Shown: positions 27,601 through 37,645 of the stretch, piece after piece
Position numbering within the stretch: the first letter of the stretch is position 1
Layout: each line of letters starts with the position of its first letter
Origin: a virus
Length of the DNA stretch: 64,000 nucleotides
Reading direction: 5' to 3' (one strand)
Virus record (IMG/VR): IMGVR_UViG_3300007775_000157
Span: 13,510-77,509 of that record
Position numbers and translations under genes: made by a program
The notes under the pieces: generated by a model
The model's database searches: none
What the model saw: the letters and a program-made list of their open reading frames with translations, nothing else
Told to the model about the DNA's origin: nothing

Positions 27601-28975
27601 ATTAGCAACGGTGAGACAATTTGAAATTGCTGCACCTGTGCGTCCAGAATCTCAAGCCGCTTTCCTTGAGCAACAATTGCGAAGGGTTGGTATTACTGCT
27701 CCTTCTAGAACCCAAGGGAATCAGGTAAGAGGAACTATAGAAGAGCTAGACCTTATTAGAAGAGAATTGGAAAGTCGTTCTGGTCCAGGCAATATTCCTG
27801 GCAGACTACCAACTCCTGGAGTAGGCTTTTTCAGAGGAAGAGACCAAAGACTTGTCGATATTGCAGGAAACGAAAGAGTTAGACAAGAGGTTAGGGATCA
27901 GTTTAAGGGTATCATAACAGAATCGTCTGCTCTGAAACAAAGTCTTGCAGAATTAAAGCCAGGGACAGAGGGTTTTATAGAAGCCTCTAACAGGGCGAGA
28001 GAGTTGGCACGGTCAACAGTGGAATTACAGACGACCCTAGAAGCATTAGACAAAGCTACTGGTCAAGCCCTAAAGTCAGAACTAGAAACTTTGTCAAGGC
28101 GACAACAGTTTGAAACGGCTCAGACTAGAGCTACTCTGGCAGAACAAGTAAGAACAGGAGCGATCGATCCGCTACAAGCGGAACGTCGACTTTTCGACTT
28201 ATCAAAAGAACAACAAAAAGAACAACTGGCTGTTCAGGATAAGTTTGATGCCATTGTTGAGAAAGATAATTCTCTTAGAGTTGATTTAGCTAAGCAAGTT
28301 AGCGAGAACACAAAGACTCAACAGGAAATTATAGCAGATTTTGGAACGTCAGCAAGTTTATTCGCTGATTCTACAAAAATACAAGCCACCTCTATACAAT
28401 TAATGCAGCGATCTATTATTGATTTTGGACAGAGTGTGGTAGATTTTAGCAATTTTAATTCAATAGGACCGACAACAAGTCAAGGTAATTCGGCAGAAAT
28501 AATTCCTTCTCAGATTAGGTCTGGCGGGATAACCGTACAGCAAGGATTTGATGAGTTTAACAGACTGATAAAAGAAGGTAATACAAGCCAGCAACAAATG
28601 ACAGATATTTTAGAAGCCATATATGAGCGTCAAGATCAGATTAAATCTACTAGCGAAGAATCAAACACAATACAAAGAGACCAAGAGAAAAATGCTGCCG
28701 TTGGAGATAAAATTAGTCAATTAAATGAAAGCCTAGATAATCTTAGAAATGTATTGTCGTCCCCCAACGAACTAAGGATTGTATCTGATCAAAGGGTTGT
28801 ACTTGACTTGTCTACTCTGCCAGATGATATTGTCAATGAAGTTAAGCCATTGTTTGAAGAGGCTGGCATAGTCATTGCCAAAACAGTTACCAGACAAGCT
28901 ATGGAAAGTCTGGCCGCTAAAACTGATTCTGAAGTATCTATTTCTGCCGGAAGTGTAGCCCAGGAGCTTGCATAA
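24698..28975 (+). CDS. Tail tape measure protein (TP901-type core)
   Basis: 1425 aa, helical and Ala/Gln-rich; motifs EFDQALVSL, LAQAG, DKLTKVSNNYA and ESASAVGTSLKTISSRL. Confidence 0.9.
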   Translation: MAFIIDANLRIQKVLGLQQVKQQLANIQVGGIGQINKVASGLGLVSKNASGAAEKIFSASKATKNLGSAAGKTGSQLKDGANKAKNFGDQIFLAGKRYAAFLSATVGAFKAFQLISEGAKSVVEFDQALVSLAQIIGTTVDNLGNLRQQFLDLSVATGTSASDIANAAKLLAQAGFRGRELTEAVEQLAKTPLTPIFESMEQAVAGAVAALEQFSDEGLTVETVFDKLTKVSNNYAASFPDIIEGIRRGGSAFQAIGGNLDEFIAAFTTIRSVTQESASAVGTSLKTISSRLADPKIIDFLQTKNIRLIEEGQFVGPIEAIRRIGEGLDKVKTTQEAVNIATQLGGRRQISRFLALAKNVDTFNEILGVSETSFGEFDRVAEQGLQAVSKQIDVLISQAKKLAIDLGSDLFLPVIKGLNTAATAAIGLLDALKPIIPALGTIGAAFAGGALFRGLSAFGGSQIGRLAGPAAFSAAGGRRAGVTAGITASPFAQAGLLIAASEAAASLTKTALGADSFTATLITSIASITAAIALFRNQTIAQFAAGGGIFTSLGKKGILGGLAGSLATIGTLAVPLALSQANKSAKELSDKIIDSAIQSISEIQIDKTDPKSVTDGVGKLFDVITNSVDELTNGVDIKQNPSILKFFEGVSRAIGNALEGDFSGLVSRGGLTRRNVDSQIQKLLKQSSQITQILIDNIAADLGDSAQQIARPGRVQLIQQGVQNGLTVEESAQFASSIIESVGGIDAWTEKIRKSAETIAKETKEREKVSNLVKNFLPNRLVGQLSQFSKAVDKTVNSINNSAQLFQSQIAEIAGGIRAPSFDFQFNDLQVKDLIQTGGLNDLFQFTPDIPKFVGAFSEIENLLDQFVLSVSNVSVPNVDISSTIDQFFASQSNVPQTVRDNFEEFFTTIGNDLASVSTGKFIDANKIKERFREEFQDIGAGATDSVVQSVRGFLQATFKQIEDEANRLATVRQFEIAAPVRPESQAAFLEQQLRRVGITAPSRTQGNQVRGTIEELDLIRRELESRSGPGNIPGRLPTPGVGFFRGRDQRLVDIAGNERVRQEVRDQFKGIITESSALKQSLAELKPGTEGFIEASNRARELARSTVELQTTLEALDKATGQALKSELETLSRRQQFETAQTRATLAEQVRTGAIDPLQAERRLFDLSKEQQKEQLAVQDKFDAIVEKDNSLRVDLAKQVSENTKTQQEIIADFGTSASLFADSTKIQATSIQLMQRSIIDFGQSVVDFSNFNSIGPTTSQGNSAEIIPSQIRSGGITVQQGFDEFNRLIKEGNTSQQQMTDILEAIYERQDQIKSTSEESNTIQRDQEKNAAVGDKISQLNESLDNLRNVLSSPNELRIVSDQRVVLDLSTLPDDIVNEVKPLFEEAGIVIAKTVTRQAMESLAAKTDSEVSISAGSVAQELA

Positions 28976-30705
28976 TGTCTCTTTTACGCCATGATAATGT
29001 AACATTCTATCATCCACTAGATGATTATACAGAATACATACAAAATCATGTTTGGAATGATAGCCAGGCTAACGTAGGTATTAGCGGTGGTGTCATAGTA
29101 AGCGGTATGATTAATACTGGCGGGGCTGTTTACGCTACGCTTGGAGAGTCTGTTTCTGCCGGTGGATATAGTGGCGTTGCTGGAGCCACAAGATTAACCA
29201 CATGTTTTTGGGCTAGTGGATTTTATCAAAACGGTTCAGATACAAGAATTGTGCTGATTGGGTATGGATCATCTGCCACAAATGGCGACACCAATATTTT
29301 AAGATTAACAAAAAGTTCATCAAACACATGTGACTTCAGACTGACCATTGGTACCGCTGGAGTTGGTACAAAAAATATCCCCACCAAACCCAGTGATAAC
29401 GATAAACACTTTGTTGTTCTGGACGCCGAGGACGAAGGCAGCGTCTGGAGATATCGTATCAGTTTCGATGGCGCAGATTGGCAGGACTTAGGAACACTTT
29501 CTAGTGCAGCTAGTCCAACAAGTGCTAACTCTGTTATAATTCATCTTTTTGACAATGGTTCGGTTAGTTCTGTTATAGACGAAGTTGTATTCTGGAGTGG
29601 TGCCAGTCTATTCTCCGCTCAAGAATTATCAAATCTATATGAATTGGCCAACACGTATGGTCGATCTATGGATGAATATTCTACCACATTCGGTACTTTA
29701 ACTAGCGGTAGTATAGATCAGTTCACAAAAGGGTACGATGTGTCTTCTGGCAATTTACCCCTATATATTCCAGGACAAAAGGAAGTAGATTCCATTGCTC
29801 TTTTTGCGTCTGGTAGTCCAACTTCTATATCCGATACAATAGATTTGTATATGAGCGGCTCTGTATCTACGTCGTCTTCTGGTGTAGATTTGTTTATTTT
29901 ACCTCCTGTGCTATCGAGTGGCAATGTCGATTTATATGAATATGGTTTTGATATTGCTTCGGGAGAAACTACCCTTTATATAGCTGGTTTATTCCCAAGT
30001 TTTGACGCTTTTGTTTCGGTTGATAGTAATACCCCAACCACTAGTGCTAATCTTTTTATCTATGGTTTTGCAAGTGGTTCGCCAACTCCAAGTTATGTCG
30101 CAGACTCGGTTTCTCTATATATCAATGATTCTGGAAACTTAGTCACAGTCAATAAGAATTTTTCTGGTTTTGTGCATGTAGATGATCCCATTTTAACATC
30201 ATATAGTGGAATTTGGTCTTCTTTTGTTAAGGTTGGAAATAGTTCTGACAAAAACTGTACTTTTTATATGTATGGACATGCTTCCGGAGAATCACCTCAT
30301 GGAACCTTAAATACAAACGATAAGAATTTGTTCGTCCGTGGAAGGTCTGCGTTCTCTGGAGACGAAGGGTTGCTTTTCGACAATTACATTGGGTTGTTTA
30401 GTGATTTTTCGTCCTTTGCCAAAGTTCATCTTGGAACTTCTGGATTATCGAATTTATATGTGTCTGGCTATATTCCAATAGAACCACCATCTGGATATCT
30501 TGATTTTTATGTCTTTGGAATTAGTGGGATTACGTTTGATTCTATCGACTATTATATCTCTGGGAAGGATGTTCCAAGTGGAGATTGTGATTTGTTTATG
30601 TTCGGCATACAAGGGATACCTTCTGGAAGTGTTCCATTTTATCTCGCCGTAACTACTCTTGGTGATTTAACTGGTTCTGATACTCTGTATACTCATGGAT
30701 TCTAA
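28975..30705 (+). CDS. Virion protein with LamG-like N-domain and LYxxG repeats
   Basis: FYHPLD...IDEVVFW; repeat type shared with the 1-7.4 kb proteins. Confidence 0.65.
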   Translation: MSLLRHDNVTFYHPLDDYTEYIQNHVWNDSQANVGISGGVIVSGMINTGGAVYATLGESVSAGGYSGVAGATRLTTCFWASGFYQNGSDTRIVLIGYGSSATNGDTNILRLTKSSSNTCDFRLTIGTAGVGTKNIPTKPSDNDKHFVVLDAEDEGSVWRYRISFDGADWQDLGTLSSAASPTSANSVIIHLFDNGSVSSVIDEVVFWSGASLFSAQELSNLYELANTYGRSMDEYSTTFGTLTSGSIDQFTKGYDVSSGNLPLYIPGQKEVDSIALFASGSPTSISDTIDLYMSGSVSTSSSGVDLFILPPVLSSGNVDLYEYGFDIASGETTLYIAGLFPSFDAFVSVDSNTPTTSANLFIYGFASGSPTPSYVADSVSLYINDSGNLVTVNKNFSGFVHVDDPILTSYSGIWSSFVKVGNSSDKNCTFYMYGHASGESPHGTLNTNDKNLFVRGRSAFSGDEGLLFDNYIGLFSDFSSFAKVHLGTSGLSNLYVSGYIPIEPPSGYLDFYVFGISGITFDSIDYYISGKDVPSGDCDLFMFGIQGIPSGSVPFYLAVTTLGDLTGSDTLYTHGF

Positions 30706-30719
30706 TAAGAGGTGGCAAA

Positions 30720-32387
30720 ATGTCGGTTATTTATACAAAATCTGATGGAATAGGAAGAAAAATCGTTCCTGCCCCGGTTGTATCCGTGAATAAAACTTAC
30801 GATACGACTCAAGATGGCAAAAAAATAGGCTCCAAATACTCCTTGACGTTAACTGGTACTTTATTGCCGTTTAGAGGTTCTCCTAGTGGGTCATATACTG
30901 CTTTGTCTGGCGCTTTTCATACTACGGGTGGATATCCTGCCGACGAAACCTATGCTGCTAATAACGAAGATTTTAATCACATTCTAAGAAAACAAGAAGC
31001 TCTCAGATGGTTATTTAGTGATGACGGTGGAATTTTAGAATGGCAACCATCTAATGGTCAACCACCAGTCAAATGTTATCCGCGTATACTGTCAATCAAT
31101 TTTTCGGAAGGCCAGTGGGCAGATCGTTGTGATTACACCATACAACTCGAAGCTCCGTGGATTTACATCAATGGAACGCTAGACGTAGAAGATAGTGTGG
31201 CTACGGACCTCGTAAATGGTTCGTCTGAAACATGGTCTTTTGAAGAAGCAACTGGAAGAAATGACAAACAATATAGAGTTACTCATGACGTGAGTGCTGA
31301 TGGAAAATTAGAATATGATGGATTAGGTAATCCATACGGCAACAAACAGGCATGGGAAAATGCGAAAACTTTTGTTGATGCGAAAATCAGCGGATTTGTA
31401 GATAGCAACACCATGTTTGCAGCACTAGGTGCGTCTGGTAAAATCACTGGTCATTACAGTACAGTCACCAGAATAGATGAAGATGCTGGTTCTTACAATG
31501 TCACAGAAGAATGGCTTCTGTCTGATTCGGCAGCTTATGAAGAGAGACAATTTACCGTAGACTACAATCAGTCTCAAGATGAGTATACGATCACATATCA
31601 AGGAACTATTTACGGTGTCGGTACAGATAGTCGTGCTGGCGCAGACTCGAATATAACTGCGGCGAAAGCAGCTATCCCTTCTATCTCTGCGGCTAGAACA
31701 ACTGCAATTTCCTATGTCAGTTCTCTGATTGGCGGTAAAACAATACCTAGTTCTCCAGATAAAAAAACATTCAACATCAATAAACAGGATGGAACGGTTA
31801 ACTTTACGTATATCTGGAATACGTCAGATGATACGGATGTTCTCATTACCGAGGAAGGTCAGTTAACATATTCGTTAGACAATCAGTCTAATACACTTGT
31901 ATTTACACAAACCGTTGAAGGTAAGGGAGATACGGCAGCAGAAAAACTAACCAATGCGAAGGCCGCTATATACACAAACGCAGAAGCACTTGTCGCTGCT
32001 AAAACACTGGTTGGAACAAGTTTGAGTTTTGACTTAGGTTCTGTATTGAAGTCCTTTAATAGTCGAGACGGGTCTGCTCGTGCAAGTTGGACATGGAATG
32101 ATATAGATTCTAACAATACAGATATTACGATTCAAACCCAAATGGCTGTTGACGTTATAGCAAGCATAGCTATTCCAGGAAGAAGTGCTGGTCCAATTAT
32201 TCAAAATATGGGGACTAAGAATTCTGAAATTATAACAGTGTCTATTCGGTCTACAAGAAATACATCGAAACCAACTGTTGATACTACAGCTTACGGGGAC
32301 GGTGGAACGATAGTAGACGATTCAGACAACTGGAATCCGATTACTGGTGTCTACAGTAGAACTACTCGGTTTTTGAAGGAGACATAA
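30720..32387 (+). CDS. Tail tip / distal tail protein candidate
   Basis: 555 aa beta-rich ORF downstream of the tape measure gene (synteny only). Confidence 0.5.
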   Translation: MSVIYTKSDGIGRKIVPAPVVSVNKTYDTTQDGKKIGSKYSLTLTGTLLPFRGSPSGSYTALSGAFHTTGGYPADETYAANNEDFNHILRKQEALRWLFSDDGGILEWQPSNGQPPVKCYPRILSINFSEGQWADRCDYTIQLEAPWIYINGTLDVEDSVATDLVNGSSETWSFEEATGRNDKQYRVTHDVSADGKLEYDGLGNPYGNKQAWENAKTFVDAKISGFVDSNTMFAALGASGKITGHYSTVTRIDEDAGSYNVTEEWLLSDSAAYEERQFTVDYNQSQDEYTITYQGTIYGVGTDSRAGADSNITAAKAAIPSISAARTTAISYVSSLIGGKTIPSSPDKKTFNINKQDGTVNFTYIWNTSDDTDVLITEEGQLTYSLDNQSNTLVFTQTVEGKGDTAAEKLTNAKAAIYTNAEALVAAKTLVGTSLSFDLGSVLKSFNSRDGSARASWTWNDIDSNNTDITIQTQMAVDVIASIAIPGRSAGPIIQNMGTKNSEIITVSIRSTRNTSKPTVDTTAYGDGGTIVDDSDNWNPITGVYSRTTRFLKET

Positions 32388-35113
32388 TGGCTGCTCAGCA
32401 AATTTCTGGTTACGAATTGTTTGGTGGTCGAGTGAGAAGTCTGAACGCTTCTTTGGGTATCAACCAATCCCCAACGACCGTAACGGTTGATATCGTTAAG
32501 GATGATAATCCCATATCTGTTTCTAATAGACAAATCACAGATATATCTATAGGAGCATTTGATTTTAGAGGCATAGTACAATCATGGAGTCAAGCCAAGA
32601 TAGATATTAATGGTACTGGCGTGTATCAGGTAAGACTGACGGACACCAAACCAGTTTTAAATGCTGCTCAAGTAATCATAGGGTCTGCTTTCGATTCTAC
32701 CAAAACCACATCTTACGACTATGGAGATAATGTTATACCAGTTACTTTTGAATCTGCCACACAAATCAGCAATGGAGTACCATTTAGTACGATACAAACT
32801 GTCATTGAAAACGCATCTATCAGATACGGTAGCCAGACATATACAGTAGAATTCAATTTCACACTACCAGACAGGGGAAGCTTGGTCGAGTATTCAATCA
32901 GTGGAAGAGCATTGTCCTTACTGGAACTTATCTCTCAAATTGCCAATGATCACGGTTTAAATTGGTACGTTTCTACGTCTAGCGACAATGTTATATCTGT
33001 TAATATGTTTGGTAGAAGCAACCTTACTAATCTTACCGTCAATCAATTGGCTGCTTTACATCCAAGTGCTATAGTTCGCAGACACGAGGGTCTGGAGAAC
33101 AGGGATGCTATTCAGAAAGTAGTTCTTGTCGGTGGGTATAAAACATATCTGAATAAAACTAATGGTTCTTTGTGGGAACAATTTTGGGGTTTTGAATCTG
33201 ACGGCAACAAAAGGTCTGAACCAGTTTATTCTAACGATATAATGGAACAAATTATTAACAACGATTTCACCTATGAAGATTATACAGAGGAAGATGCGCA
33301 AAAAATTATATCATATGCTAATGAGTATTGGGGTAGAAAATTTATAGGTTTGATTACGCCAGCATCTGCTGTCAGTTCTGATGGTATTTCTTGGGTTAGC
33401 CCTGTCACGTCTGCATGGAATAATTCAGATAGTTTTCCACTCGATTTTAATAGAGATGGACAGTTAAAATTTCAAACAGAAGACGGTCGATGGATAACTT
33501 TTGTTACATTACCATTGCCAGGATCACGATATGACACATCGAATACGAAAGTTAGTTATCAATGGGATGACGAATTGTTTTCTAATCCAAATACACACAT
33601 AGATGATGATGGCAATATCACTGTCAAGGCTTCTTTGGAAATCATAGATGGTTTTTCGGAAATAGAATATTGGCTTGAATTATTTATAGTATATTTATTA
33701 AATCTAGAAACATTTACCAGTATTTCATCTGCTTTGACTGGTTTTCTAATAGAAAATTCAGATATTTCGACTATCGTAAAGTTAAACCTGATACGTTTGG
33801 TTGGGGAGATATCTTCTGATTTGACAGATATAGCTAATGGGAATTTAATATATACAGATGCAGTCAAAAATACATTTTCAAAAAGTTTTGGTGATCAATA
33901 TTTTCTTTTGACACTTGCTACTCCACTGAGAGTTAAGTCTATAACAAAAGATAGCGCTGTTAATGAAGATACTGGTTTCGTAGAACAATCAGATGTAATA
34001 ACGAGAACAAGAGTAGAATCTATAGAAGAGGCATATCTAGCATTGAGCGATCAAAGAGAAACATATGGTCCTTGGTCAAATAGAGAAAATGCAATAGGTA
34101 GAACAGAAGTAATTATTGATCCATCCTTAACACCATGGTCTTTTGGCTACAGAGGGATTACCAATGCAACTGGGACAGACCTTATGGATCAAGTTGCTAG
34201 AGCCAAAATAAGAACTGTCGCAGATATAACTCTTGATGCAAAAACAGCGGAACTAGAAGTAGCTGGATTGCCAGCTATTAATCTTGGAAGTCAGATACAG
34301 ACTACAGGAGCCGTAACATCTATAAGTATCACATTTTCGGTACAAGGAGTCAAGACCATTTATAAGGCTTTACAATATACAAACGATTTGTCTAAATATA
34401 TCAGACAACAACAAGAGTTAATAGATAAACTACGAAGACAAGCAGCAGAATTTAACAACACACAACTACCTCCACAAAACGATTGGAAATTAGATAGAAC
34501 ATTGCGCAATTTGAAAAAAGAATTGCCAGACCCATCAGTTGGATCAAAAAACGAGGGTAATAGACGTTCGGCGAGAAGACTTTTGGGAAGAATAGATGAA
34601 AGAGCTAGCGACACAGAGCCTAAATATCATATCTTACCAATGGCTTGGGTTTCCGATGCTTTTGGCGAATTAACGCTTGTAAGAGACCCAAAGGTTTTTG
34701 GGAGATATCTCAACGTAGTAAATATGTCTGAAAAACAAACAGCCCCTGGTAGATTGCCAGTTGGGACAGATGTTCAGGTTAATGAATTTTTGACTACAGA
34801 TGGTGGTGTCACTGCTTATTACATAGAAGTTTCTGCGCCAAAACCTCCAACATTCAAAGCTACTATAATAGATTTTGTAAGTGATTCTTCTCCTATCTAT
34901 GAAGTAGAACCAGTTGTAAACGGTGTGCAAGAAATAAACTTGTTAAGTACCGAACTTCTTGCATTACAAGCTGTTACCAATATTGGCGAACCAGAGAATT
35001 ATAGAGGTTATTTATCAATAGGCGCAGAAGTAACAATTTCGTGGAATGAAAATTCGGATGGAACATATACGCCTTTTATAGAACAACAAGTTAATTTGTT
35101 CAAGCCAGTATAG
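32387..35113 (+). CDS. Baseplate hub / central tail protein candidate
   Basis: 908 aa; hub-like 'LLELISQIANDHGLNWYV' segment; synteny. Confidence 0.55.
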   Translation: MAAQQISGYELFGGRVRSLNASLGINQSPTTVTVDIVKDDNPISVSNRQITDISIGAFDFRGIVQSWSQAKIDINGTGVYQVRLTDTKPVLNAAQVIIGSAFDSTKTTSYDYGDNVIPVTFESATQISNGVPFSTIQTVIENASIRYGSQTYTVEFNFTLPDRGSLVEYSISGRALSLLELISQIANDHGLNWYVSTSSDNVISVNMFGRSNLTNLTVNQLAALHPSAIVRRHEGLENRDAIQKVVLVGGYKTYLNKTNGSLWEQFWGFESDGNKRSEPVYSNDIMEQIINNDFTYEDYTEEDAQKIISYANEYWGRKFIGLITPASAVSSDGISWVSPVTSAWNNSDSFPLDFNRDGQLKFQTEDGRWITFVTLPLPGSRYDTSNTKVSYQWDDELFSNPNTHIDDDGNITVKASLEIIDGFSEIEYWLELFIVYLLNLETFTSISSALTGFLIENSDISTIVKLNLIRLVGEISSDLTDIANGNLIYTDAVKNTFSKSFGDQYFLLTLATPLRVKSITKDSAVNEDTGFVEQSDVITRTRVESIEEAYLALSDQRETYGPWSNRENAIGRTEVIIDPSLTPWSFGYRGITNATGTDLMDQVARAKIRTVADITLDAKTAELEVAGLPAINLGSQIQTTGAVTSISITFSVQGVKTIYKALQYTNDLSKYIRQQQELIDKLRRQAAEFNNTQLPPQNDWKLDRTLRNLKKELPDPSVGSKNEGNRRSARRLLGRIDERASDTEPKYHILPMAWVSDAFGELTLVRDPKVFGRYLNVVNMSEKQTAPGRLPVGTDVQVNEFLTTDGGVTAYYIEVSAPKPPTFKATIIDFVSDSSPIYEVEPVVNGVQEINLLSTELLALQAVTNIGEPENYRGYLSIGAEVTISWNENSDGTYTPFIEQQVNLFKPV

Positions 35114-36211
35114 GTGGTTGATATGACAAGGACTGGACCAAATCAAGATGTAAATGATCCCACAACGATCATAGAACTCGCTTATGAATATAATGCCACA
35201 AGTCAATCCCTTGGAGACTTTTTGGCTCAATCAATTGCAGAAGACCCCAGTGTCACTGGTAGTCCAATTGTAGATGTATCTATCCCGCTAAAGATAGAAG
35301 ATGGTTCTAGTGTCTTATTGTACGGTAGTGATATTACATACGATGGGACATATCATTACGACCAAGATGTGGTTGCAAAAGCGAATATTTTAACCTATGT
35401 AGGTCTAGCTGAAAGATTTCGAGATTATTGGGAATCACTGAACGCCGTTATAGATTCTTTGTCCGATTTCACTACTATCTCTGAAACCGGAATAAGTCCT
35501 GAGATATATGGATCGGGCATTAGTGTTTTTCCATACACGAGAACATATGGAACTTCTGGTGGAATTTCATACACCTTGAATTCTTTTACACACTCACCAA
35601 CTTCATCCTTAGAAACACCAGAATGGTACGGTTCTGGAGACACAAACTATAATCAAGCAACTTATCCACAGCTTTTATCCGAATTACAATTGATAGAAGT
35701 GACAAGAACTTTCGCCATAGAAGATACCTGGGAAACCAATTATAGATTTGAATTATTGGTCGACGACAGTGGATCGCAAAGAAGTGCGAGTCTTTCATGT
35801 CCTTTGACAAATGCTTATACTTCAGTTCTTGAAAACCAATATGTACAAATCTACAATTCTACTACTTCTGCCATAAATATCAGCTTGTCGGCAGATGTAA
35901 CAATAAGCACCGATGATATATGTAGTTTAGGCGTAGGTTCTTTTGGAGAAATAGACGACCTAAATATTTATCCAGACCCACTTTTGGGTGATAAAAGTTT
36001 ATTATCGTCCTATATGTCATCTTCTAAAACAACCTCTGGCGCAGACAGCCTAAGCCACACGCGAAACATCTCTATTCCCGCTGGCAAATCTGCGTTTATA
36101 GGAGTCGGTGCTTCTGTCAATTTTGCCGCTTTTGTTGGGACATACGCTATCGTGGATATAGTTGTCACATTAAATGGGTATACATTTTCATATTCAGGTA
36201 ATATCGCTTAA
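35114..36211 (+). CDS. Tail-associated structural protein
   Basis: Acidic Ser/Thr-rich ORF in the tail operon. Confidence 0.5.
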   Translation: MVDMTRTGPNQDVNDPTTIIELAYEYNATSQSLGDFLAQSIAEDPSVTGSPIVDVSIPLKIEDGSSVLLYGSDITYDGTYHYDQDVVAKANILTYVGLAERFRDYWESLNAVIDSLSDFTTISETGISPEIYGSGISVFPYTRTYGTSGGISYTLNSFTHSPTSSLETPEWYGSGDTNYNQATYPQLLSELQLIEVTRTFAIEDTWETNYRFELLVDDSGSQRSASLSCPLTNAYTSVLENQYVQIYNSTTSAINISLSADVTISTDDICSLGVGSFGEIDDLNIYPDPLLGDKSLLSSYMSSSKTTSGADSLSHTRNISIPAGKSAFIGVGASVNFAAFVGTYAIVDIVVTLNGYTFSYSGNIA

Positions 36212-36243
36212 AATGTGTATAATAAAGACGAAAGGCAATACTT

Positions 36244-36858
36244 ATGTCAGAAATTAATATCTATTTCGCTGAAACAGATGTCAGAATAGAAACTGGTGAA
36301 GCTCTTGGCTTTTTTGGTCCAGAAGGCTATGGAGACCCATTGTCTATTGGAGAATATAATGGAAGAACCTTTGTAACAAGTACAGATGGCGACACTCCGT
36401 ACGAAGAATGTGATAACTGTAAGAAGATATCCTCTTCTGGAGTTGTTATCGGCCAGACAGGAAATGGTATCAATCTAAGGAATTTGCCGAATTACCTGGC
36501 TACCATAAATATAAGGTTCACTCATCCACAGGAGGTTCTTGTTCAAAACGCTAGATTGATAGCTTTTGATGGGAATGATCAGGCAGTCGCTCCTGTAGGC
36601 CTAGACGTGTACGGTGCGGAGATTATACATACCAGCAGGCTTCAGAGCGACACGGGCGTAGGAGACACTTCCTGGCTTAAAATGGAGGGGTCCGGAGTAC
36701 AACTGGATTTAGTCGATTCTCCAGCTACATCTGGCATCAGTCCTCTTGGACCAGCCAGTCTAGATACGAGACATGACTGGTTCGTAGCTTTGTCTGTCAC
36801 GCCTACTACTCCTGGGGATAAGACGTTCAGTTTTAGGGCAGAACTTGAATATGTGTAA
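36244..36858 (+). CDS. Virion protein, paralog of 36928-37563
   Basis: Shares LGFFG, T.N.RFT, QNA.L..FD, RHDW.V.LS and a terminal LEY with 36928-37563. Confidence 0.65.
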   Translation: MSEINIYFAETDVRIETGEALGFFGPEGYGDPLSIGEYNGRTFVTSTDGDTPYEECDNCKKISSSGVVIGQTGNGINLRNLPNYLATINIRFTHPQEVLVQNARLIAFDGNDQAVAPVGLDVYGAEIIHTSRLQSDTGVGDTSWLKMEGSGVQLDLVDSPATSGISPLGPASLDTRHDWFVALSVTPTTPGDKTFSFRAELEYV

Positions 36859-36927
36859 ATAAGTTTGAATTTGGTGTATAAAAAGTTGGATTTTTTAACT
36901 TTTAAGCTATAAAAGGGAGGTGAAAAA

Positions 36928-37563
36928 ATGGCAGCAGCAATTACATTTTATGCCGGTCAGGGCGGTGGAGTTTGGCAGAATCTGAATTCATCTGGTCTTG
37001 GATTTTTCGGTGCATCTTTTGGGACTTCGGTTCAAGTTGGGCAGTATCAAGATAGCACTTTCATTACCACCAGCAATGGTTCTTCTCAAGGTCCACAGGC
37101 TACTAACTGTAAATTTGAAACTCCTTCGGGTGTCATCATAAATGGAGATTCGTCGATTCAGCCGTCCGCTGTACCGATCAACTCTGGAACGATGAACGTC
37201 AGGTTTACGTTTGATTCGGCAGTTCAGACACAAAATGCGGAACTGAGGATTTTTGATAGGTCTAATATCAATACTGGCGCAACAGGCGTCACGACCAAGG
37301 TTTTGCAAGTCTGTAATGGTGGGTCTGGAGTTAGTTCTAGTGGAACGGCAATCGCTCCAGGTAGTCATTCCGGTTGGTTTACCCCGGTAGGTTCTAGCGT
37401 TACTGTCCCGTTGCTTAGCAGCGCTGGTACTAGTGGTACGAGCATTTCGGGTGTTGCAACCCAGGACGATCGTCACGATTGGTACGTTTGTCTATCAGCA
37501 AGTCCGGATAGTATTGGAGCTAAAGAGGCTTTTGGTCTCTACGTACAATTAGAATATCTCTAA
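36928..37563 (+). CDS. Virion protein (Ser/Gly-rich), probably abundant
   Basis: Strong GGGAGGTG ribosome-binding site, own promoter motif and terminator. Confidence 0.65.
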   Translation: MAAAITFYAGQGGGVWQNLNSSGLGFFGASFGTSVQVGQYQDSTFITTSNGSSQGPQATNCKFETPSGVIINGDSSIQPSAVPINSGTMNVRFTFDSAVQTQNAELRIFDRSNINTGATGVTTKVLQVCNGGSGVSSSGTAIAPGSHSGWFTPVGSSVTVPLLSSAGTSGTSISGVATQDDRHDWYVCLSASPDSIGAKEAFGLYVQLEYL

Positions 37564-37583
37564 TATCTTAATGACCGAAATAC

Positions 37584-37631
37584 GGGGGAATGTGTTGATT
37601 GACCCAACGATCATAGCTTCCCCCTTTTTTA
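37584..37631 (+). terminator. Probable terminator
   Basis: GGGGGAA...TTCCCCC stem with an internal hairpin, followed by a T-run. Confidence 0.65.
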
Positions 37632-37645
37632 TTTGAAGGATTATT

